Assembly: GCA_016235155.1 (NCBI GenBank)
Contig: JACRLW010000103.1
Location: 8,066-72,065, forward strand
DNA: 64,000 nucleotides
Direction of reading: 5' to 3'
DNA from: Planctomycetota bacterium
GTDB taxonomy: Bacteria; Planctomycetota; UBA1135; UBA2386
Shown: piece after piece, positions 8,117 to 16,278 of the stretch
Numbering within the stretch: the first letter of the stretch is position 1
Layout: each line of letters starts with the position of its first letter
Made by a program: the position numbers and the translations under genes
Notes under the pieces: model-generated
The model's input: only the letters and a program-made list of their open reading frames with translations
Told to the model about the DNA's origin: nothing
Database searches by the model: none

Positions 8117-10083
8117 ACGACACCGGCCATGACGACGGTGGGTTCCTCGATGCGGTGAAGCGCGCCGCGAGTCGACTGCGCGACGACGAAGCGCGCCGAG
8201 CGCCGCCGGAGTTCGTCGCCGGCTTCCGCATCGTGCGGCGCATCGGCGAGGGCGGGATGGGCGTCGTCTACGAAGCGGAACAGGAGCAGCCGCGGCGACG
8301 CGTCGCGCTCAAGTTGCTGCGCTGCGCGTCGAGCAGCGCGTCCCTGCGGCGCTTCGAACGCGAGGGCAAGGCGCTGGCGCGCCTGCAACATCCCGGCATC
8401 GCGGCGGTGCACGCCGCGGGGACCTGCGCGACGCCCGCCGGTGAGCAGCCCTTCCTCGCGATGGAGTTCGTCGACGGTGAGCCGATCGATCGCTGGCTCG
8501 ACCGGCGCGGGGCGTCGCACGACCTGCGCTTGCGGCTCTTCGCCGACGTGTGCGATGCCGTGCACCACGCCCACCAGAAGGGCGTGATCCACCGCGACCT
8601 CAAGCCGTCGAACGTCTTCGTCGACCAGGACGGCCGCGCGCGCGTCCTCGACTTCGGCGTCGCGCGGCTGCTCGACGACGAGGACGACGGCGCGGAGCGG
8701 CAGACGATCGCGGGGCAGCTGGTCGGCACGCCGGCCTACATGAGCCCCGAGCAGGTCGCCGCCGATCCGAGCGCGGTCGACGTCCGCAGCGACGTCTGGT
8801 CGCTCGGCGTGATCCTCTACCAGCTCCTCTCGGGACGGCTGCCGATCGACGTCGACGGTCGCACGACCGCCGACGTGCTCCGCGCAATCGCCGAGCAGGA
8901 GCCGCGGCGCCTCGGCACGATCGCGCCCGACTGCCGCGGCGACGTCGAGACCATCGTGCACCAGGCTCTCGCGCGCGATCCGGCGCGGCGCTACCCCTCG
9001 GCCGACGCGCTCGCCCGCGACATGCGGCACTTCCTCGCGCACGAGCCGATCGCCGCGCGGCCGCCGTCGCGCGCGTACCTGTGGTCGCGCTTCGTGCGAC
9101 GCAATCGTGCGCTGGTCGTGGCGGGCGCCGTCGCCGTGCTCGCGCTGATCGGCGGCACGATCGTCGCGGTCGTGCAGATGGTCGAGGCGCAGGCGCAGAC
9201 CGCGCACGCGAAGGGCGTGAACGCGTGGTTCGACACGCTGCTCACCTTCGCCGACCCCAACGAGAACGGTCGCGTCGACATCACGCTGCGCGAGGCGATC
9301 GAGCGCGCAGCCGATCGCATCGACAAGCTGGTCACGACCCCCGAAGTCGAGGCGTCGGTCCGATTGATGGTCGGTCACGCGTTCCGCAGCTACGGCGACC
9401 TCGATCGGGCTCGCGACCATCTGGAGAAGTGCCTGCGTTTGCGCCGCGAACGCTTCGCCTCACCGAGCGACGAACTCGCGGAGGCGTGCAACGCGCTCGC
9501 GCTGCTCTACGAGCGGGTCGGCCGGCAACGCGACTCGGTGTCGCTGTACGAGGACGCGGGGCGGCAGTACCTCGAACTCCACGGCCGACTCGACCAGCGC
9601 CACGCGCGCGCGCTGGTCAACGCCGGAGGGGCGCTCGTGCAGCTCGGCGATCTCGACGGTGCCGAGGCGCGCATCCGCGCGGGCGTCGACCTGTTGCGCG
9701 AGTCGAACCCCGACCACGCCTGGCTCGGCACCTTCCTCGCCCACCTCGCGAACGTCGAACGACGCCGGGGGCGCTTCGACGAAGCCGAGCGCTGCATGCG
9801 CGAGACTCTCGCGATCTACGCGCGCACCGACTACGCCGACCATCCCTACGCTGCGATCGTGCGGCGCAACCTCGGCGGACTGCTCGCGGAGTCGAAGCGC
9901 TTCGCCGACGCCGAAGTCGAGTTCCGCGAGGCGCTGCGGATCATGCGGGCGCGCCACGGCGAACAGCACGAGTGGACCCTGCAAGCCTGGCGCGACCTCG
10001 TCGCGATCCTGCGTTCCCAGGGCCGCGAGGACGATGCCCGCGCCACCGAGGCGGACGCGACCGCGGCGCGCGCGGGGAAGTGA
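8113..10083 (+). CDS. Ser/Thr protein kinase with transmembrane segment and TPR-like C-terminal domain
   Basis: Kinase motifs are IGEGGMGVVYEA, VALKLL, HRDLKPSNVF, DFGVA and TPAYMSPEQ. The TM helix is ALVVAGAVAVLALIGGTIVAVV. TPR-like repeats follow to the end. The GTG start overlaps the sigma stop (GTGA at 8113-8116). Confidence 0.9.
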   Translation: MNDTGHDDGGFLDAVKRAASRLRDDEARRAPPEFVAGFRIVRRIGEGGMGVVYEAEQEQPRRRVALKLLRCASSSASLRRFEREGKALARLQHPGIAAVHAAGTCATPAGEQPFLAMEFVDGEPIDRWLDRRGASHDLRLRLFADVCDAVHHAHQKGVIHRDLKPSNVFVDQDGRARVLDFGVARLLDDEDDGAERQTIAGQLVGTPAYMSPEQVAADPSAVDVRSDVWSLGVILYQLLSGRLPIDVDGRTTADVLRAIAEQEPRRLGTIAPDCRGDVETIVHQALARDPARRYPSADALARDMRHFLAHEPIAARPPSRAYLWSRFVRRNRALVVAGAVAVLALIGGTIVAVVQMVEAQAQTAHAKGVNAWFDTLLTFADPNENGRVDITLREAIERAADRIDKLVTTPEVEASVRLMVGHAFRSYGDLDRARDHLEKCLRLRRERFASPSDELAEACNALALLYERVGRQRDSVSLYEDAGRQYLELHGRLDQRHARALVNAGGALVQLGDLDGAEARIRAGVDLLRESNPDHAWLGTFLAHLANVERRRGRFDEAERCMRETLAIYARTDYADHPYAAIVRRNLGGLLAESKRFADAEVEFREALRIMRARHGEQHEWTLQAWRDLVAILRSQGREDDARATEADATAARAGK

Positions 10084-10194
10084 TCGGTCCTGGTCCGAAC
10101 CCGACGGAACGCGCTGGGGCCGATCGCGGTATCCCGCCCCCGATCCGAGCCGCCGCGTCCCGCACCGGGCGCACCCGTATCATCCCGCCCCCCG

Positions 10195-13100
10195 ATGCAT
10201 CGATTGCTCCGCTTCTTCTTCGCCGCGCTCGCGGCCGCCCTTCCCGTCGCCGCGCAGGACGGGTCGCCCAGGGTCGTCGTGAGCGCGCAGTTCGAGCCGG
10301 CGACCGCGACGCCGGGCAGCGAGGTGACGCTGGTGGTCACGCTCGACGTCGACGACGGCTGGCATGTCTACGGGAGCAAGGAGACGCAGAGCCCGCGGAC
10401 CGCGCTGCGGTTGAGCGACACGGGTGAGCTGCGCGTCGTCGGCGATCCGAAGGTCCCGCCGGGCATTCCGAAGACCGCGGCCGGCGACACGCACTTCGAA
10501 CTGAAGGGCAAGGTCCTGCTGAAGCAGACGCTCAAGGTCCCGGCCGCGCTCGGCGCGGGTGCGCAGACGGTGCGCGGCACGGCGTCGTTCATGGTCTGCG
10601 ACGAGACGATGTGCCTGCCGCCGCAAGAGGAGCCGTTCGTCGCGACGCTGGCGATCGGCGCGGCGGGCGGCGGCGCGACGGCGGCGGCGAGCGATGAGCC
10701 GGTGAGCGTCGCGGCACGCTTCGCGACGGAGCGCGCTTCGCCCGGCGACGAGGTGACGCTCGAGGTCACCTTGGACGTCGCGGACGGCTATCACGTCTAC
10801 GGCAGCAAGGAGACGCTGAGCCGGCCGGTGGCGCTCGCCGTCACCGACACCGGCGAGCTGCGCGTCGCGGGCGACGCCGAGATCCCCGCCGGCGACGAGA
10901 AGGTCGTCGAGACGACGACGAGCTGGGAGTTGAAGGGCAAGGTCGTGCTGCGTCAGAAGCTGAAGGTGCCCGCCGGGCTGAGCGCGGGGACGCAGACCGT
11001 GCGCGGCAAGGTGAGCTGGATGGCCTGCGACGAACAGGCCTGCTTCCCGCCGGCCGAGCAGGAGTTCACCGTGACGCTCGCGATCGGCGCGCCCCAGGTG
11101 CAGCAGGAGCCGAAGAAGCCGCCGATCCGTCTCGGCTTCGACGACGAGAAGGTGCAAGCGAGCGCGCGCATCGAACCCGCGAGCGCGGCGGCCGGCAGCG
11201 ACGCGACGCTGGTCGTCACGCTGTCGATCGTCGACGGCTGGCACGTCTACGGCAGCCTCGACAAGAACAGCATCCCGACGAGGCTCACGCTGCTCGACAC
11301 CGGTGCACTGCGCGCGGTCGGCGGCGCGATCGTGCCGCCGGGCGTCGAGCACAAGGACGCGATCAACACCAACTACTGGCTCACGGGTGAGGTCGAGCTG
11401 CGCCACGCTCTGCGCGTGCCGGAAGGCGCGAGTGGTGAGCAGCGGGTGACGGCGCGCGTCGAGTTCATGCCCTGCGACGAGTCGCAGTGCCTCGATGCGA
11501 CTTCGCTCGACGTCGAGGCGGTACTGACCATCGCCGGCGGCGGCGGGGCGGTGCAGCCGAGCGGCCCCAAGGCGTTCGCGTGGACGCAGCGGTTCGAGCC
11601 CGTCGATCCGCGCCCCGGCGAAGCGGTCGACGTCGTGATCGCCGTGCAACTCGCGCCCGGCGTGACGGTGACGGGCGGCGCCGACGAGAAGCCGACCAGC
11701 CTGCTGGTCGCCGGCGCCCTGCTGCCGGTCGGCAAGAACCGCCTGCCCGGCGGGAGCGAGACCTCGATCGCGGGCAAGCCGCGTTTCGTCATCGACGGCG
11801 GTTTCGAACTGCGGCAGGCGCTGCGCGTGCCGGTCGATGCGAAGCCGGGTCCGCTGACCGTCCCGCTCGAGCTGCGCTACGAACTCCACGACGCCGACGG
11901 GGCGTTGGCGCGCACCGAGCCGGTGAGCGTCGCGTTCGACGTCGTCGCGGGCGAGGCGCGCAGCGAGTACCTCGGTGCTGCGGCGCGCGTCGACGAGTAC
12001 GGCGGCGTGCTCGGCCTGCTGCTCGCGGCGATCGGCGCGGGCCTGCTCGCGCTGTTGATGCCGTGCACCTACCCGATGATCCCGATCACGATCTCGTTCT
12101 TCACGAAGCAGGCGGCGGCACGGCACGGCAGCGTGCTCCCGCTCGCGCTGGCCTACGGCCTGGGCATCGTGCTGATGTTCATCGCGATCGGCCTGTTCGC
12201 GGCGCGGGTGATCGTTCCGTTCGCGACGCACTGGATCACCAACGCCGTGATCACCGCCGCCTTCCTCTTGTTCGCGGCGTCGCTGTTCGGGCTCGTCACG
12301 TTGCAGCCGCCGCAGTGGCTGCTCCAGTTCGCGGGGCGAGCGTCGAGCAAGGGCGGCTACCTCGGCGTGTTCTTGATGGGCGCGACGCTGGTCGTCACGT
12401 CGTTCACGTGCACGGTCCCGGTCGCGGGTGCCCTGCTGAGCCTCACCGCCGACGGCGGCGGCTGGTACGTCGTGCTGGGCATGGCGACTTTCGGCCTGAC
12501 GATGGCGGTTCCGTTCGTCGCGCTGTCGCTGCTGCCCGGTCGCCTGCGCCAGGTGCCGCGCGCCGGCGAGTGGATGAACACGCTGAAGGTCTTCCTCGGC
12601 TTCGTCGAGATCGCCGCGGCGATGAAGTTCGCGAGCAGCGTCGATCTCGCGCTCCACGACGGCGAGCCGCGCTGGCTCGAGCGCGAGCCCTTCCTCTGGG
12701 TCTGGGTCGCGCTGTTCGTCGTCGCGGCGGGCTACCTGTTGCTGCCGCTGCTGCGCGGACAGGTGAAGCTCCGCGCGGGTCGCGCCATCGGCCTCGCGTT
12801 CAGCCTCGCCTTCGCCGGCTACAGCGGCTACGGCGCGCTCGGCAACGACTATCCGAAGGGCGACGTCGTGATGCCCGCGCTCGCTCCGCCGAAGACCACG
12901 GACCCGAGCAAGCACGACAAGGTCAAGGACGACTACGTCAAGGCACTCGCGCGCGCCAAGGCCTCGGGCAAGCTGCTGTTGATCAACTTCACCGGCTTCC
13001 AGTGCGTGAACTGCCGCGTGATGGAGCAGACCGTGCTCCCTGCGCCGAAGGTCGCGCCGCTGCTCGAGCGGCATTTCGTCGAGGCGCGGCTGCACACCGA

Positions 13101-13296
13101 CCACCCCGACGCCGAGAAGGGCGACGCCAACCGCAAACGGCAGATGGCGACGCTGGGCTACATCGCATCGCCCTACTACTTCGTGATCGACCCGGCGACG
13201 GAGCGCGAGATGGGGCGCTTCTCGCTGAGCAATGTCGGCAAGGACTGGGAGCAGCTCTTCGCCGACTTCCTGTCGGCGATGCTCGCGCAGCGCTGA
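10195..13296 (+). CDS. DsbD-like thiol:disulfide reductase with four tandem DsbD-alpha-like N-terminal modules
   Basis: It has a signal peptide and four ~140-aa repeats (TLVVTLDVDDGWHVYGS...FMVCDETMCLPP and variants). The multi-TM DsbD-beta/CcdA-like core carries MPCTYPMIP and FTCTVPV. The C-terminal thioredoxin-like domain has FTGFQCVNC. Confidence 0.85.
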   Translation: MHRLLRFFFAALAAALPVAAQDGSPRVVVSAQFEPATATPGSEVTLVVTLDVDDGWHVYGSKETQSPRTALRLSDTGELRVVGDPKVPPGIPKTAAGDTHFELKGKVLLKQTLKVPAALGAGAQTVRGTASFMVCDETMCLPPQEEPFVATLAIGAAGGGATAAASDEPVSVAARFATERASPGDEVTLEVTLDVADGYHVYGSKETLSRPVALAVTDTGELRVAGDAEIPAGDEKVVETTTSWELKGKVVLRQKLKVPAGLSAGTQTVRGKVSWMACDEQACFPPAEQEFTVTLAIGAPQVQQEPKKPPIRLGFDDEKVQASARIEPASAAAGSDATLVVTLSIVDGWHVYGSLDKNSIPTRLTLLDTGALRAVGGAIVPPGVEHKDAINTNYWLTGEVELRHALRVPEGASGEQRVTARVEFMPCDESQCLDATSLDVEAVLTIAGGGGAVQPSGPKAFAWTQRFEPVDPRPGEAVDVVIAVQLAPGVTVTGGADEKPTSLLVAGALLPVGKNRLPGGSETSIAGKPRFVIDGGFELRQALRVPVDAKPGPLTVPLELRYELHDADGALARTEPVSVAFDVVAGEARSEYLGAAARVDEYGGVLGLLLAAIGAGLLALLMPCTYPMIPITISFFTKQAAARHGSVLPLALAYGLGIVLMFIAIGLFAARVIVPFATHWITNAVITAAFLLFAASLFGLVTLQPPQWLLQFAGRASSKGGYLGVFLMGATLVVTSFTCTVPVAGALLSLTADGGGWYVVLGMATFGLTMAVPFVALSLLPGRLRQVPRAGEWMNTLKVFLGFVEIAAAMKFASSVDLALHDGEPRWLEREPFLWVWVALFVVAAGYLLLPLLRGQVKLRAGRAIGLAFSLAFAGYSGYGALGNDYPKGDVVMPALAPPKTTDPSKHDKVKDDYVKALARAKASGKLLLINFTGFQCVNCRVMEQTVLPAPKVAPLLERHFVEARLHTDHPDAEKGDANRKRQMATLGYIASPYYFVIDPATEREMGRFSLSNVGKDWEQLFADFLSAMLAQR

Positions 13297-14426
13297 TGAG
13301 CGCCGACCGGCGCCTTCTCGTGCTGTGGCTGCTCGTCGCGGCGGGGATCGCCTACGGCTCGCTGTATCCGTTCGACTTCGACAAGCCGCTCTTGGAAGGC
13401 GGATTCGTCGCCGCGCTCCGCGAGAGCCTGCTCGCGTTCCCGTCGCGCGGCGACCTGCTGAGCAATCTCGTCCTCTACCTGCCCTTCGGCATGGTCGGTG
13501 CGCTGGCGTTGCGCGGCACGGGGTCGCGGGCGCAGGCGTTCGCGCTGGTGCTCGGCGCGGGTGCCTTGCTGTCGTGCGCCGTCGAGTCGGTGCAGTTGTT
13601 CGTCGTCGACCGCAACACCAGCGCGTTCGACGTCGCGCTGAACCTCGCGAGCACGGCCGTCGGCGCGATCTTCGGCTTCGCGTTGCAGCCCGAGCGCTTC
13701 GCGTTCGCCGCGCGGCTCGGCGTGCGCGACCGCATGGCGCTCGTGCTCGCCGCGAGTGGGATCGCGTACCGCCTCGCCCCGTTCGTGCCGACGCTCGATC
13801 TCCAGCACGTGAAGGACGCGGTGAAGGCCGTGCTCGCGGGCGGTTTCTCGCCAAGCACCTTCCTCCGCTACACGGTCGCGTGGCTGGTCGTCGGCATCGC
13901 GCTGCGGACCGGGTTCGCGCGCGTGCGCCGTCACGCGCTGCCGATCACCGGCCTCGCCGTCGCCTGCGCGCCGCTGTTCATCACGCGCATCGGGATTCGC
14001 ATCGAGGAGTTCGCGGCAGTCGGCGTCGCGACGGCGTTCTGGCGCTTCGTCCCCGCGGGTCGCGCGACCAGCGGCCTCGTGCTCGCGCTGCACTACCTCG
14101 TGATCGCGGGCGCGCAGTTGTGGCCGTTCGACTTCGCGGGTCCAGCGCACGAGTTCCGGTGGGTCCCCTTCGCGGGATACCTGCACGGCTCGCGCGAGAC
14201 CGGCGTGTTCTCGATCTTCGAGAAGTTCTTCCTCTACGGCGTCGCGGTGTGGCTCCCCGTCCGCCTGGGCAAGCCGCTCTGGCCGGTCGCATTCGCGGTC
14301 GCGGGCGTGCTGCTCGTCACCGAGTTCCTGCAGACGCAGATGCCGGGTCGCAGCGCCGAACTCGCCGATCCGCTGCTCGCGCTGATCGCGGCGGCGCTGT
14401 GCTCCGCGCTGCGCGGCAGCCGATGA
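13296..14426 (+). CDS. VanZ-like family integral membrane protein (two VanZ-like halves)
   Basis: It reads LLVLWLLVAAGIAYGSLYPFDF...NLVLYLPFG...ESVQLFVVDRNTSAFDVALN. The second half has QLWPFDF...WVPFAGYL. The ATG shares one nucleotide with the upstream TGA (TGATG). Confidence 0.7.
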   Translation: MSADRRLLVLWLLVAAGIAYGSLYPFDFDKPLLEGGFVAALRESLLAFPSRGDLLSNLVLYLPFGMVGALALRGTGSRAQAFALVLGAGALLSCAVESVQLFVVDRNTSAFDVALNLASTAVGAIFGFALQPERFAFAARLGVRDRMALVLAASGIAYRLAPFVPTLDLQHVKDAVKAVLAGGFSPSTFLRYTVAWLVVGIALRTGFARVRRHALPITGLAVACAPLFITRIGIRIEEFAAVGVATAFWRFVPAGRATSGLVLALHYLVIAGAQLWPFDFAGPAHEFRWVPFAGYLHGSRETGVFSIFEKFFLYGVAVWLPVRLGKPLWPVAFAVAGVLLVTEFLQTQMPGRSAELADPLLALIAAALCSALRGSR

Positions 14427-15034
14427 GCGCGGGCTTTCCGTGGCACGAGACGAAGGCGCGACTCCGCGAACTCGACGCGACGAGCCGTGCGGGCTCGCGC
14501 ATCGTGCTCCCCGCGGTGCTGCCGCCGATCGCTCCCGGCGAAACGCTCGACGACTGGCTCGCACGCGTGCCCGACGCGCTCGGCGTACAGGTCGTCGTCC
14601 TGCTGCGCGCGGGCAGCGCCGCGCTCGGGCTCTGGGACGGCGACGAGTGCGTCGTGCACAAGGTGTTCACGCGATACGTCGTGCGGGGCAACGGCAAGGC
14701 GCAGCCGCTGCATGCGAAGACCAAGGGCAAGTCCCGCTACGGCGCGCGGCTGCGCCTCCAGAACGCGCGGCGCTTGCTCGAAGAAGTCGGGGAACGCCTC
14801 GTCGAGTGGTTCGCGACGTGGCCTGCCCCCGAGGCGATCCACTGGTCCTGCCCGGTCCGGCAGTGGCCCGAGTTGTTCGCCGCGAATCCCCCGCCGCCGT
14901 TTCCGCGCGACGATCCGCGCCTGCGTCGCATCGCGATGCACGTGCACGAGCCGCGTTTCGAGGAGCTGCTGCGCGTGCGGCGAGCGCTCGCGCGCGGGCG
15001 GATTGGCGAAGCGACGGATCGCTCACGATCATGA
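14423..15034 (+). CDS. VLRF1-like (Vms1/ANKZF1-type, eRF1-superfamily) putative peptidyl-tRNA hydrolase
   Basis: The core VVVLLRAGSAALGLWDGDECVVHKVFTRYVVRGNGKAQPLHAKTKGKSRYGARLRLQNARRLLEEVGERLVEWF matches, by eye, the VLRF1 hallmark (hK.f.RYtvR.K.GG.Q...GK..S.G..LRR.NE..L..ev..LL..W), including the loop Gln. ATGA overlaps are present at both ends. Confidence 0.6.
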   Translation: MSAGFPWHETKARLRELDATSRAGSRIVLPAVLPPIAPGETLDDWLARVPDALGVQVVVLLRAGSAALGLWDGDECVVHKVFTRYVVRGNGKAQPLHAKTKGKSRYGARLRLQNARRLLEEVGERLVEWFATWPAPEAIHWSCPVRQWPELFAANPPPPFPRDDPRLRRIAMHVHEPRFEELLRVRRALARGRIGEATDRSRS

Positions 15035-16275
15035 CCGCGATGCCTGCCACGCCGCGCGACCGCGCCGCCTTCGCCACGCTCGCCGGGCTCGCGCGCCGAT
15101 TCGGGTTGCGGCTGGATGGTGCGCGCGTGCGCCGCACCTCGTCGCGCTTCTGCTTCGGCGTCGAGCACGGCGACTACAACGGGACCGCGCTGCTCGGCGT
15201 CGGCACCGATCGCTTCCTGTGGCTCGCGTATGCGCGCAACGGCACGAACCGGCTGCGCCTGTGCAGCGCGAACTTCGAGTCCGAGGGCGTGGTCGACGTC
15301 GATCCGTCGCGGCTTGCCGCACCAAAGGACGTGTCCGGCTGGGCCCGCTACGCGCACGGTGCCGCCGCGATCCTCGCGCGTGAGGGCTTCGCGCTGCGGT
15401 GCGGCCTCGACGTCGCGATCTTCTCCGACATCCCCGGCGGCGGCATGTCGCGCTCGGCGTCCTTGTGCGTCAACCTCGTTCTCACGTTGCTCGAGGCGAA
15501 CGAGCTCGCGGTCGCCGACCGCTTCCGCATCGTCGAGCTCGCGCAGGCGATCGAGACCGACTTCGTCGGCTCGCCGTGCGGCGTGCTCGACCAGACGATG
15601 ATCCTCTTCGCGCGCGCGCGGCACGCGACGCACTTCGACCCCGCGACGCGCGCGATCACGCATCTGCCGCTCGGCGCATCGGCGCCGCCTTTCCGCCTGC
15701 TCGCGCTCGACACCGGCACGGTGCGTCCCGGGCTCGAGGCGTCGACCTACAAGCTCCGCCGCGCCGAGTGCGAGGAACTCGTGCGCCTCGTGAACGGGAT
15801 GGGCATCCCGATCCGGAACCTCGCCGAGGTCCGCGACGACGCCACGCTGGCCGCGATCCGCGATCGACTCTCGTCTTCACGCCCGCAGCTCGTCGCGCGC
15901 CTCGAGTACCTCTTCCACGCGCAGCTTCGCTTCGCGGAGTTGCAGCGCGCCTGGACCGCGGGCGATCTCGCGAGCCTCGGCGCGGCGTTCCGCGCCGACG
16001 GCATCGGCCTGCGCGACCTCTACCGCATCTCGGGCCCCGAGCTCGAAACGATGTGCGACCTCGCGCGCAGCGTGCCCGGTTGTCTCGGCGAACGCATGCT
16101 CGGCGGCGGCGACAAGGGTGCAGCCGGCGCGATCGTGTCGGCCGACGCCGTCCAACGCGTCTCGGAGGCGATCACGATCGGCTACCCGCGCAGCCATCCG
16201 GCGTACGCGTCGCGCTTCGCCGTCCATGAGCTCGACGTGGTCGACGGCGTCACGGTGTTCACCGGGCTGCCGTGA
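15031..16275 (+). CDS. GHMP kinase, galactokinase family
   Basis: FGVEHGDYNGTAL corresponds to the GalK signature GEH.DY.G. SDIPGGGMSRSASLCV is the GHMP ATP motif P.G.G(L/M)S.SA. The C-terminal ERMLGGGDKGAAGAIV is also typical. The start overlaps the upstream stop (ATGA). Confidence 0.8.
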   Translation: MTAMPATPRDRAAFATLAGLARRFGLRLDGARVRRTSSRFCFGVEHGDYNGTALLGVGTDRFLWLAYARNGTNRLRLCSANFESEGVVDVDPSRLAAPKDVSGWARYAHGAAAILAREGFALRCGLDVAIFSDIPGGGMSRSASLCVNLVLTLLEANELAVADRFRIVELAQAIETDFVGSPCGVLDQTMILFARARHATHFDPATRAITHLPLGASAPPFRLLALDTGTVRPGLEASTYKLRRAECEELVRLVNGMGIPIRNLAEVRDDATLAAIRDRLSSSRPQLVARLEYLFHAQLRFAELQRAWTAGDLASLGAAFRADGIGLRDLYRISGPELETMCDLARSVPGCLGERMLGGGDKGAAGAIVSADAVQRVSEAITIGYPRSHPAYASRFAVHELDVVDGVTVFTGLP

Positions 16276-16278
16276 GCT

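Noticed and set aside
10180-13854. 1224-aa minus-strand ORF antisense to the DsbD-like and VanZ-like genes
   Set aside because: The composition is extreme (long runs of R, A, G, P, D, E such as RRARAPCGRARRAARRTRSARAATRS). The opposite strand encodes a protein with clear repeats, TM core and thioredoxin motif. This is a typical stop-free antisense frame in high-GC DNA.
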